From the NCBI GenBank assembly GCA_038087875.1, contig CM075988.1, forward strand, positions 17,486,001 through 17,550,000: a stretch of DNA of 64,000 nt, written 5' to 3'. Each line of letters begins with the position of its first letter. Position 1 is the stretch's first letter. Under the pieces are notes generated by a model, which saw only the letters and a program-made list of their open reading frames with translations, was not told the DNA's origin and did no database searches. Shown here one piece after another: positions 36,818 to 48,999 of the stretch. The DNA comes from Malacoraja senta (lineage: Eukaryota). Both the position numbers and the translations under genes were made by a program.

Positions 36818-37015
36818 AATCATAATCATTATCATACTTTATTAGCCAAGTATGTTTTGCAACATAGGAGGAATTTCATTTGCCATACAGTCATAGCAAT
36901 AAAAAGCAACAGAACACACAAAATACATTTTAACATGAACATCCACCACAGTGACTCCTCCGCATTCCTCACTGTGATGGAAGGCAACAAAAAGTTCAAT
37001 CTCTCCCTTCTTTGC
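36818..37015 (-). mobile_element. Retroposon 3' fragment
   Basis: Minus-strand AATAAA with (TGA)n-like tail; shares a core motif with 42525-42845. Confidence 0.55.
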
Positions 37016-38029
37016 ACCCAAGTTCACAATCTGTGCATTCTCATCACTATGTTGAGTGCTTAAATTTGTATACGTTTCCTGTGGGTCAGAAGTTCATCGC
37101 ACAAGACAGGTATTTGACCTCACATGTTTTCCTTCTGTTCACAATTTAAAATCTTTTTCCTCGCATTTAATTTCTCTTCTGCAGGCTGATTTTCCATTCC
37201 CACTGATTCTTGGTGTCACCCTCTGAAATCTTCTCATGCAACAAAGTTCACAGCTTTCTTCAGAGAAAACTGCAAGGATCTGCAGCAATCTCTCCCAGCA
37301 CCCACCCCATCATCAGCAGTGGATTTAAAAAGTAGATAAATTGTATATTTGCCACACCATCTGTGTGAAGATGGCTCCTGTCAACTCAGCCTAATCTGCA
37401 GATACCATTAAAAAAAACCTCAAAGCTGCAGTGACAACCAAAATCACCATTGGCCATCTCCGTCAGTGTGGAGGAAATACAATATTTATAAGATATGCCT
37501 TTTGAGAAAATATTCTGTTGAGGCAAACTTCCCCTCGCTCTGTTAAACAAATTATGCTGCAATTTTTGTTTTCCCTGCACAGTCTTAAATATAGGAAGAA
37601 ATGTTTCTTCATGTTGCAGAATTGTCTTTGAATCAATGAACATGTTGTCTGAAGAAGGGTCTCGACCCAAAGCATCACCCATTCCTTCACTCCAGAGATG
37701 CTGCCTGTTCTGCTGAGTTACTCCAGCTTTTTGTGTCTATCTTCGGTTGAGTCTGAAGAAGGGTCTCAACCTGAAGTGCTGCCTGTCCTGCTGAGTTACT
37801 CCAGTTTTTTGTGTCCATTATGTATTATGATCTGGTTCTCTCCTAACCCTCTGGTACTGTTCAGCAGACTCACAAGGTCATGGAATTCGAACTAAAATAT
37901 TACATTATTTTTGGCAAATAATCATAACCGCAATGCATATATGTTAACACATGATGGACATAGAATTGCAAGTCTTCCTTCCCGAGTCACTGGGAAGATG
38001 GAAACCATGCATCAAGGAAAAAGTCATCA

Positions 38030-38510
38030 GTACTTCATATTGTGAGCAGTTTCAGGCCCCATATCTGATGAAGGATGTGCTGGCATTGAAGAGGGTCCAG
38101 AGTAGTCTAGGCCTGCACTCGCTGGAATTTAGTGGGATGAGGAGAATTTCATTGAAACCTACTGAAAGGCCTAAATAAGAGCGGATGTGGAGAGAATATT
38201 TCCAGTAATGGGAGACACTAGTACCAGAGGACACAGCCTCAGAATAAAAGCACGTACCTTTTAGAATGCAGATGAGGAGGAATTTCTTGAACCAGAGCGT
38301 GATGAATTAGTGGAACTCATTGCCATTGATGGCTATGGAAGCCGTCTTTGGGTATTTTTGAAAAGGATATTGATAGGTTCTTGATTAGTAGAGGCATCAG
38401 AGGTTAGGGGAGAGGGCAGGAGAATGGGGCAAGAGGGAAAAATAGATCAGCCATGATCGAATGGCAGAGCAGGCTCGATGGGCCGAATGGCCTAATTCTG
38501 CTTTATGCCA
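38030..38510 (+). mobile_element. CR1-type LINE 3' fragment (diverged)
   Basis: EQFQAPYLMKDVLALKRVQ motif plus CR1 tail. Confidence 0.8.
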
Positions 38511-39632
38511 TAATCATATATATCTTCACAAATTCACCAGAATAAATGTTTGCCATGTTACACACCACACGTTGAGAGCGAACCACCCATAGATCCTTTA
38601 GTTATTTAGTGCACAGAAATACTCAATGAGTGAAAATATGATGTTGGTGAAATTGTTCAACAAAAATACATTCGGAGTTACGGCCCATAACACATCCGGT
38701 GACGGCTTAACTGCCAATGAGTTTAGAACATGTTAGCTATTGCCACAGTGTGATACCCATGTAGTGTGTCCACATGGCAAGTTACTCATCACAGCCATCA
38801 CATCCATCTCACGCCTCATGGGGTTCAACAGAAGCAAATAAACCCTTCAAGCAGCCAGGATGCCTGGCCACGCTCTGAGCTGGGGAGAAAAACACCACGT
38901 AAGAGATGCAAAAGGAATAATGAGCAAAGAAACTAACATTAAAATGTATTATTTGCGTCACGTAACACTCACTACCGTGTGTGTGAAATATTTTGACAGA
39001 TGTGATGAACAGAACTTCAAGCTTTTCTTTCTCAGTCATTGGTTATAGAATACAGACCAAACAAAGGAAATGTTATATTTGCACCACGTAAGTCACCTTG
39101 ATTTTGCCAGACCTTCATGTGTTTTGTAAGAGCTACAGGATGAAAATGTGTCTATTGTCTAATGAGCTGAAAGCATATTAATCATAGAAAATGAGAAATG
39201 AAACAGATGATTAGCATCTCACCACTTATCACACTATTATTGCGATGTTTACATCTCCTAAAAACACAAATACATTATGTTCTTCATGACTGCAAGATTG
39301 TTCTGAAGGATGGAGTTTAACGCAACAAACGGTCAGAAGAATATTTGCCACTTAACAGTATCTGTGAGTAGGTACCATGGTCACATATTAATTGAAGATA
39401 ATGCCACGTGATTTACCACCTTTCAGGACAATGTTCTGGGTTGGTGAATACCCAATAGGGCTTATGAATCAACAGTGTGCTTATTTCTACCATGTAAATA
39501 TAATATTTTTCAATAACTAAAAATCCAAAACTCAAAAGAACAATGCAAATCATGAGATGCATCTTCCAAAAGATGTTTCAAAAATGATTCTACAGGCATA
39601 CTTACATGGCAAACAGAAAGCTTGCATTAAGG

Positions 39633-39945
39633 GTTAGTTTTAGTTTAGAGACAGCGCGGAAACTGGCCTTTCAGCCCACCGAGTCTGAGCCGACCAGAGA
39701 TCGCCCCATGCACAAACACTATCCTACACAAACTGGGGACAATTTACATTAATACCAAGCCAATGAACCTACAAACCTGTGCGTCTTTGGAGTGTGGGAC
39801 GAAACTGGAGATCCAGGAGAAAATCTATGCTGGTCACAGGGGAAACGTACAAACTGCATACGGACAAGCACCCGTAGTCAGAATCAAACCCAGGTCTCTG
39901 GCGTTGTAAGGCAGCAACTCTTCCGCTGCGCCACTGTGCCGCCCA
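39633..39945 (-). mobile_element. V-SINE
   Basis: GGCGGCACAGTGGCGCAGCGG head, V-domain and tail on the minus strand. Confidence 0.85.
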
Positions 39946-40448
39946 CAACTTGAAGATGTGTTATAATGACCATGAGAGATTAACAGGTGCCAGAAAGAAA
40001 CCAATCAACAGTTAGTACACTTTGCCAGAATGCACAACTGACACTTGGAACCTCGTTGCATTTCCATTTATTGCGATGAAATAAGTAACAAGATTCATAA
40101 GGTCAAAAACCACATGGGCTTTAGGACAAACCTTTTTCTCCAGAACATATCAACCTAATTTTATCCATGATCATCTGCTCCAAGCGCAGCGGTTGAGAGC
40201 CCCCCCCACCACTTCTCCCTATGATGTGCAAGAGTGCTGGCTGCCAATGCACTCACTCCCATATTTCCAGTCAGTGGTCCAGCTGACTTCAAACCATCTG
40301 GCAGATGACGGATACAGCTCAAATGAACAGACCAATTTCTCCACATTCATCTTTTGTCATTTGTACTTTGTCCTAACCTGTGTGCCAATGGGACCGTCTT
40401 TCCTTCATGAATGTTCAGGTAATATTTCAAGTCTGAGTCAATATTGAG

Positions 40449-40545
40449 CCTGAAGAAGGGTCTCGACCCGAAACGTCACCCATTCCTTCTATCCAGAGAT
40501 GCTGCCTGTCCCACGGAGTTACTCCAATATTTTGTATCTATCTTT
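40449..40545 (+). mobile_element. Penelope terminal-repeat fragment with intact hammerhead-like core
   Basis: CTGAAGA-A-GGGTC-TC-GACCC-GAAAC-GTC at 40450-40477. Confidence 0.8.
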
Positions 40546-40564
40546 AAATATTTCAACAAGTTAT

Positions 40565-40890
40565 GGAGTCATAGTCATAGTGATACAGCATGGAAAAAGG
40601 CCCTTCGGCCCACCTCGTCCATGCCAATCTAGATGCCTTATCTAAGTTAGTCCCATTTGCCTGTGTTTGGCCCAAATCCCTCTAAACTTTTCCTATGCCT
40701 GTACCCATCCAAATGTCATTTAAATGCTGTTATAGTACCTGCTTCAACTACTGCCTCTGGTTGACCCTTTTATATACCCGCTACCTCTGAGTGAAAAGGT
40801 TGTCCCTTAGGTTTGTATTAAATCTTGCCGCTTTCTCCTTAAACATTTGTCCTCTTGTTTTGATTCCCATACCTTGGGTAAAAGTCTCTA
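40565..40890 (-). mobile_element. CR1-type LINE 3' fragment
   Basis: GGGCCGAAGGGCC tail and ORF2 C-terminal remnants. Confidence 0.75.
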
Positions 40891-42524
40891 TGCATTTCTT
40901 TGTTCCTCTCTGCAAGTTATGTATTTATTCACGTGAAACTCAAGTCTCTACCTCTGTCCCAAGGCTCCGAGACGGTCTTATCTTTCAGATTTCTCTTCCT
41001 CCTCAGAAACTACAAGTTAAACATTATTCAGTCTTGATCATATTCTGCGATAGCCTCCTTAAAGCTCCAAAAGATACACATCAATCTGTATTTACCCGAA
41101 TGATGAGTATCTTGGAGAGGAATTTCTTCCCCAAAGACCACTAAACGCTTCCCTTTAGGAAGACACTGGGGAGATATAACTAGCAGTTAAAGCAACTGGA
41201 GAATATTTAATCATTTCCTCGTAAAGGAAGCATCCTAAGAATCCCAAAACCCTACTGCAACACTTCAAAGTGCAAACGAACGCTCCTCCCCACTGACGTC
41301 TGATTCAATCTTACAGAGCTAGCTCCAGCCCCTGCTAAAACATGGCGATAGTGAGTCCTTGCTCAACTATTTAACAGAGAACAGCATTTCCGTTCGGGTA
41401 AGTTACTGAGCAAGCTGACACCAGAGATTGTGCATGTAGTATATAGGGGAGTCTAATAGTTGTGGCAAATCAGACAAACTTGAACAAATCCCATGGAGAA
41501 ACTCAGGACAATAGTGAGACTATGGAACTGCTCCCATTTATTGTTCTGAAGGCCAACGGGATGGAACACCTTTAATGGAAAGTTAGATAAATGTATGTGT
41601 TAGGAATGAGGGAATAGTTAGGACATGATAAAGGGATTTTGTGTGGAGTATAAACACGTGATCTGTTTATGGATGATACATTCCAAGGCTTAAACATCTG
41701 TGTATACACATTCATGCAGGCTGACCATTTGGCCCCTCAGGCCACTTCTGCCATTTGATAAGATCATGGCTGACTTAACTCTATAACATTGGCTTTTCAT
41801 TCCCAACCTACTTTCAAACCCTTCCTTCTCAAGCATGTATCTACATTCAACATTCAAAGAGTGCTTCCACCACCATTTCCATTGAGTCCCAAAGCAGGGG
41901 AAAGGATTCAAGGATGTGTTTATAAAATTCAACATCCCCACAGATGCCTCTGAATCCCTGGCCCAGTGTTTCATCAAAGTGGAGGAGGAATATTCAGAAT
42001 GGTATTGGAAACTTCCAGTTCATGGATCAGGAGCATCCAGAAGCCTACAAAAAGCGCAGAAGTAAAAAACCTCCTAACAAAACATATACCTACCTGTCCC
42101 AACTGCCCCATATGTCCCACATTAGTCACCTCAGAAAACCCCCACAGTAGGAGCAAGTCACCCCAGTTCTTGAGGGACTGATTAAGATTGAGCAGACAAA
42201 GTTTTCGTACTGAACATTCTAGTATTGTGAGCATGAAGATGATCGCCTCAAATTTGGGATTGGATCCCAATCACTGGGATTGTCTGGAAAGAGCCAAATA
42301 AAGCTCTTTGGAAATCCCAACAAGGCCATTCCAAAGATTACCAAATTATTATTGAGACTATTTTAGTCCTCACAGGTTGTCGCATGAGATAAAACATGTT
42401 GATTACATCAAAGCATCAAATTAGATCCACGTTTGAAAGCCATGGCTTACTAGAACTAGGTTTGAGCCTACAATTTTGTTCAATATTATTTTAGCACTTT
42501 ATGAAACAAAATGGTATAGTAAGT

Positions 42525-42845
42525 AAGTAAATTTTATTTATATAGCACGTTTAAATCAACTCGCGTTGAAACCAAAGTGCTTTACATAAAAGAAATAATA
42601 GTTCCCGTAAAAATCAGAAAAATGACATAACACATTATAGAATTCAACAAGAATGTCCCCCCACAACAGAATCAAAATTTTCCACTGTGGGGAAAGGCAA
42701 CAAAAAGTTAAGTCCTCTTCCTCTGTGATCACCCGAGGCCGGGGCCTATTTGTGGCCTCCGCAGCCAGTCCGATGTTTTCAGGCCCTCTTTGCGGGAAAG
42801 CTGGAACTCCGGCGTTGGGTAAACACTCCTCAGCAGCTTGGAAAA
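42525..42845 (-). mobile_element. Non-autonomous retroposon with L2-type tail
   Basis: Minus strand TGTAAAGCACTTTGG...GTGCTATATAAATAAA plus (TTAC)n, with a GC-rich upstream part. Confidence 0.6.
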
Positions 42846-42942
42846 TGTACTTATTTCACCATAACATCCAGTGCCAACTGGTGTGTTGGGGAAATCGGTA
42901 CGAATTCTCAGCATTGAAGAAATCAGTATTAATTTACGCCAC

Positions 42943-44550
42943 AGTTTGTATTAGTTTTCGCCACAAAGGCGCAAAGCATATTTCTTCAGACCCAACAACA
43001 GAAGTCAGACTGATAACATGTTGACTCCCTTTGCTAAAACTTAAATATCCTTCAATTAAATAACCCACTTTTGGCGTAAGCTGATGGAAAACAAGAGCTG
43101 TTAAAGGTTCTGAGTTTGTATTAGTTTTTCGCCACAAAGGCTGTGCAAGCATATTTCTTCAGACCTTTCAACAATGTAACAAAGAGCTAGCATGAGCTAA
43201 ATTAGAAAATAATGCCACCTTCCATGGTGGGCTATACTTCTACCAAGTTCCTAATATAACAATGTTCAGAACATGATTCTTACACCTTGAGGGGAGTGTG
43301 GAAGAGAGGCAGTTGAGACAAAAGAATATTATAACTCAAGGTGTAGTGAGAAGCAGGAGAGACTTGTGTTAATGCCACCTCTCAAATATAACCTTCGGAA
43401 ATGGAATGTTGGAGAGATTGCTAAAACGTACAGTGCAAAGTTATGGTGTAAAAATACCAAGAGAAACTTTACAAGTGTACACATTACTCACCCAAGTCTA
43501 ACAAGGGATACACAGGGGAGTATTAATGTGTTATGTGATGATCAACATACAAAACAAAACATACAAGATCCCCTCCCTTCCATCGAGGGGATCTATCGCA
43601 GTTGCTGCCTCAAAAAGGCTGGCAGTATCATCAAGGACCCACACCATCCTGGCCACACACTCATCTCCCTACTACCTTCAGGTAGAAGGTACAGGAGCCT
43701 GAAGACTGCAACGACCAGGTTCAGGAATAGCTAGTTCCCCACAGCCATCAGGCTATTAAACTTGGCTCGGACAAAACTCTGAACTTTAATTAGCCCATTA
43801 ACTGTTATTTGCACTTTATCAGTTTATTTATTCATGTGTGTATATATTTAAAGAATGGTATATGGACACACTGATCTGTTTTGTAGTCAATGCCTACTAT
43901 GTTCTGTTGTGCTGAAGCAAAGCAATTTCATTGTCCAATCAGGGACACATGACAATAAACTCACTTGACTTGACTTGAAATAGAAGTACGATCAATCTTA
44001 GACCCCTCGTGCCTACTCTGCCATGAGATAAGACCATGGTTGATACCCTTCAGCACCAGCTCTTGATTCCCTTCATCATTGTATTTCAAAAGCTGATACT
44101 GTGGAGATTGTGGAAGCGATGACACAAGATCCTACTGTAACTAGTCCAGAAGTGACAGCTTCCTCAAGTCAAGAAGATAGAACACCAATGATACAACAGA
44201 ATGATTCTCAACGCTGCCAGCACTTCCCACTGTTAGAACAAGAACATTTGTCCCAGTTGCAGATAATTGCCAAGAAGATGGATGTGGCCAGGAAGCTGAA
44301 TTTGTAGCAGTGATTGAAGATAGTGATTTCATCTCACCAATGTTCAGATACAGGACACTTCCTGACACCCAGAATTGGATGAGCAGATGTCAGACTGACA
44401 ACGTTGCCTCCCTTTGCTAAAACTTAAATATCCCTCAATTTCATAACCCACTTTTGGCGTAAGCTGATGGATACTAAGAGATGTGGAAGGTTCTGAGTGT
44501 ATTAGTTGACGCCACAAAGGCTATGCAAAGCAAATTTCTTCAGACCTTTC
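42943..44550 (+). mobile_element. Possible internally deleted LTR element (about 170-bp direct repeats)
   Basis: Direct repeats at about 42998-43174 and 44384-44550, plus a partial third copy at 42943-42991. Short internal peptides resemble a Gypsy integrase C-terminus. Confidence 0.45.
43568..43978 (+). mobile_element. Rex1-like LINE 3' fragment
   Basis: LPSIEGIYRSCCLKKAGSIIKDPHHPGHTLISLLPSGRRYRS; tail GACAATAAA plus (ACTTG)n. Confidence 0.85.
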
Positions 44551-45414
44551 TTTATAGGTGGAATTAAGTTGTATTGCAGAAGCTGTTTGTGGATAGTTAA
44601 GTCACCTGGATTTGTTGAACACCACAGGCTGAAAGGCATAGAACACATAGAATATAGGAACAGAAGTAAGCAATTTGGCCCTTCAAGCTCTGCTCTGCAG
44701 ATTCAGTATGATCATGGCTGATCATCCATATTTAGTACTCTTTTCTAGCTTTCTTCACATGTACCTCGATCCCTCAAGTTCTGTGAACTACATCAAACTT
44801 CTTGAATGTATTTAATGACCCGGCTTCAACTGTTTTCTGTTAGAGAATTTCACAGGTTCACTGCTCTGGCAGAAAAAAACCCTTCTCATTTCCACCTTAT
44901 ATGGCTCACCCCCCTTATCCCTAGTCTGTGATGCCTTGTCCTGAACACTCCTCCCAATAGGAACACCGCTCCAGCAGGTAGCCAGTCCAGTCCTTTCAGA
45001 ATATTGTCCTTCAATATTGAGAGCACTCTAGGTACACATAATCTCTCTTGGCAAGTCTATTTTAATTTTCTATTCAACTTGTTTTACCAACAACTTTGTA
45101 TCCTGCCAGATACACTAGGACCTGGCCCAGTCACCATGAGCATCACTATTGAACTGATCACTCCATGGACCAGTATCTCCTCATATTCCATCCCCTCCTT
45201 CCATTTACTTAGATGGGAAATGGTTTAGCGGGATATGAGCCAAATGCGGACTGGTAGGACTAGTGTAGATGGGGTATCTTGGTTGGTTAGGGCATCTTGG
45301 GCTGAAGGGCCTGTTTCTGTGCTGTATGACTATGATTCTACAGTTTCATTTGAAGGCAAACCATCCAACTAGAAATAGTTCAGTAGCAAAACAGAATTTC
45401 TCCTCATTGGCTCC

Positions 45415-46225
45415 AAATCAACACTCACTAAAATTAACAACCCCACTCTCACTATCGACAGTACCACTGTCTCCCCATCTCCTCAGGCACGCAACCTTGG
45501 CGTGATCCTTGACTCAACCCTCTCCCTTGAGCCTCACATCCGCCATGTTGTCAAAACATCATTTTTTCACCTTCGCAACATTGCAAAAATCAGATCGTCT
45601 CTCACACCCCCCGCTGCTGAAAGACTCATCCATGCCTTCATCTCCTCCCGACTGGACTACTGTAACTCTCTTCTTTTCGGAATCAATTCCAGCAGCATCA
45701 AACGACTCCAACTGGTCCAGAATGCAGCCGCTCGACTCATTACCCACACCAAATCCTGGCACCACATCACCCCAGTTCTCAAAGAACTTCACTGGCTTCC
45801 CATTTCCCACCGGATCACCTACAAAATCCTGGTCCTCACCTACAAAGCCCTCAACAACCTGCCCCCCCCTTATCTCATTGACCTCCTCTCCCCCTACCAA
45901 CCCTCACGGTCCCTCAGATCCACATCAGCTGGTCTCCTCCTCCACTCCGAAATCAAACCTCCGCACTTTTGGAGGCAGAGCCTTCTCCAGGGCAGCTCCC
46001 AGGCTCTGGAATTCCCTCCCACAACCGGTCCGAAATTCTGAGTCCCTCACCATCTTCCAGTCCCGCCTCACGACCCATCTCTTCACCTCTGCATACCCTT
46101 AGTCCCATGTTCCCCTCCCCTCTGTCTTACTGCTCTATTTTGTTTTGTTTATTCCTGACTCTCAATTGTAAAGCGACTGAGTCCTGAAAAGCGCTATATA
46201 AATAAAATCTATTGTTATTATTAAA
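45415..46225 (+). mobile_element. L2-type LINE 3' fragment
   Basis: ORF RNLGVILDSTLS...FFHLRNIAKIR...LIHAFISSRLDYCNSLL...LQLVQNAAARL; L2 tail. Confidence 0.92.
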
Positions 46226-46451
46226 TATACAGAGTTCTTAAATACTGCTTCAAGTGCTGAGATGTGTGCACTAGATTACATAAATTGCAATTTCATGAAA
46301 CTCTTCAGTGGGGTCTTTGGGTTGTCAGACACCACCTTGTAAAACAAACACAACTTACATTTGTCCAAAACAATTTTCAGGATATCCCAATGTCTGTACA
46401 CACCTTTAAACTGCATTTACTGTTATGATGCAGGAAATAAAAGCAGGAAAT

Positions 46452-46770
46452 GGGCGTGGCAGTAGAGTTGCTGCCTTACAGCGCTAGAGATCCGGGTTCG
46501 ATCCTGACCGTAGGTGCTGTCTGTATGGAGTTTGTACGTTCTCCCTGTTACCTGTGTGGGTTTACTCCGGGTGCTCCGATTTCCTCCCACACTCCAAAGA
46601 TGTACAGGTTTGTTGGTTAACTGGCCTCGGTAAAATTGTAAATTGTCCCTAGTTGTGTAGTATAGTGTTAGTGTGTGGGGATCGCTGGTCGGCGCAGACT
46701 CAGTTGACTGAAGGGCCTTTTTCAGTGCTGTATCTCTAAACTAAACAAAAATATTAACTAAACTAAATAC
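46452..46770 (+). mobile_element. V-SINE
   Basis: B-box GGGTTCGATCC, V-domain and TCTCTAAACTAAAC tail. Confidence 0.85.
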
Positions 46771-46849
46771 GTGCACTCCTACAAACAGTGATGTATTTGC
46801 TAGTACATTTACCTTTTGAGTTACATTGGAATATAACAAAAAAAAAGGT

Positions 46850-47520
46850 AATTCATGACTACTCCACCTTTCAATATGATTGTGCCAATATTTCACTTAA
46901 GTGCATTTTCCTGCACTAACTCCATATTCTTTGATCTGCTTAATATCTAAAAACCTATTGATCTCTGTCTTAAGTGTACTCAGAACTAACCCTCCACAGC
47001 CTTCCAAATATTCATTACAATCCAGACTAAGAAATTTCTTCTCATCTCAGAACAACATCCTTTGTGATTTTGACCCTTGGTTCCAGATGCCCCATCAGTG
47101 GGGATCATCATCCATGCATCCATCCTGTCAAACCGTGTACGGATTCGATGCAATATTGCCTCTTATCTTTCTCAAAAGCCTGTGCCCTATTTCTTCTGAG
47201 GACAAAACTCTCTTCACAAGGATAACAGGTGGAACTTTAATGCACCCTCCTCTATCGCAAGCTTTTCCTTCCTTAGGTAGACAGATCAGATCCATACACA
47301 GTGCCCCAAATGGGGTCTCATCAAGCTTGTCTGTAATTGCAAACAGGCTTCTTCACTCCTGCATTCAAACGTTGTTCAAATGAAAGCCATTATACTGTTT
47401 GCCTTTCTCGTTGCATTCTGCCCCTTTACATTAACTCGTAATAACATATTTTACAATGAAACCTAGGCCACCCTTGACTTTCAATCTTTCACCATTTAAA
47501 AAAACGCTCTGCTTTTCTCT
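46850..47520 (-). mobile_element. Old CR1-type LINE relic
   Basis: Heavily diverged similarity to other CR1 copies in the window. Confidence 0.5.
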
Positions 47521-48403
47521 TTTTTCATCAGACTGAACTATCGCATATTTCTTTGAGAATTAGAACAACGGCAGAAATGCTTTGTGTTATTAGCTCGTCA
47601 GGTCATGAATTGTTGGCATTTAAAATATTAAATTTGAGATTTTTTCAAAAGATATAGACAACCCAAACTAACAAAGGAAATGCTGCACGAATCTTGCTGC
47701 AAATGGTGGCGTGATCCCTGCCTAATCCCTACACAATAGGGATTGAATGGGTGGAGATTCAGACTACATACAGGTCTGTCCCACCTATGGGAAAGGGAAA
47801 AAGATAGAAACATAGAAAAATAGGTGCAGGAGTAGGCCAGCACCGCCATTCAATATGATCATGGCTGATCATCTAAAATTAGTAACCCCCTGTTCCTGCT
47901 TTTTACCCATATCCCTTAATTCCTTTAGCCCTAAGAGCTAAATTCTAACTCTCTCTTGAAAACAAATTGATAATGTACTAGCAAGTAAATGCTGAAAACA
48001 GAGAAGAAATAAAATAAAGAGAACATTCTTTAAATATAATATTTATTTTCTCCAACAGAAAGCTCAGTGAAAACTATTGTTTGATGGAAGATCATAATTG
48101 CCTTCACTATCATCATAAAGAACCATTCCTGGCGCCAAGCAGACTGTTAGCAGAAGATAATATTGACCGAGGCATAATTACCACCACAGCTACTGGAAAC
48201 TCTTTGCCTCTCAGGAAACATTACAAACGTATTCTGCCCCTTCCAGATTCACCTGCAGTTCCTTTCACAACTGATTATTGTTTTGATTCACTCAATTACC
48301 CTAAAGCTGGTTCCTCTGCTGTAGAAGATGACAATGCTCATTAATTGTTGTCTTGCAGTTCATCCCAATGGGCGTCATTATACTTACACTGTGACCACTG
48401 AAA

Positions 48404-48625
48404 TCATAAGGTCATAAGGGATAGGAGTAGAATTAGGCCATTCGGCCCATCAAGTCTTCTCCACCATTCGAGATCTATCTCTGCCTCATAACCCCATTCT
48501 CCCGCCTTCTCCCCATAACCTCTGACACCTGCACTAATCAAGAATCTATCTATCTCTGCCTTAAAAATATCCACTGACTTGTCCTCCACAGCCTTCTGTG
48601 GCAAAGAATTCCACAGATTCACCAC
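48404..48625 (-). mobile_element. CR1-type LINE 3' end
   Basis: VVNLWNSLPQKAVEDKSVDIFKAEIDRFL plus tail. Confidence 0.85.
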
Positions 48626-48999
48626 TTCTTCAAAAGTTGGGGGGCTGCAAGCCATTGAACAGAAACCCTAACCAATCCTGCCTTATATTCACGCTCCCTT
48701 TCAAACGTGATAACGGGTAAGGTGCCAGTACCCTCCACTCCCCATTGACACCGAAAACCCTCCATGGACACAGGTGAAGTCAACAAAGCAGAACCGGAGC
48801 AAGGACCCATCTAATGTATCTATATCACCCAGTATTGCACACATTGCTCCGCTGGACTAGCTGGCATCAAATAGACCGCTGCTCCCTCCGACAAGACTGA
48901 AAAGAGCTGCAAAAGCCTCGGTGGATACATGACTTTCCAAACCATAATTCTCTGAAGCCCATACCTCTCTTTCAACGTTGACCTACCGAGTCTCTCCGC

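Noticed and set aside
41280..41405. Plus-strand first exon (TGACGTC, AACATGGCG, CGG|GTAAGT)
   Set aside because: ATG frame stops after 10 codons and I found no partner exon; too weak to report.
45095..45115. LAGYK-like match to an ABCG exon end
   Set aside because: Lies upstream of the ATG exon, with no flanking similarity or splice donor.
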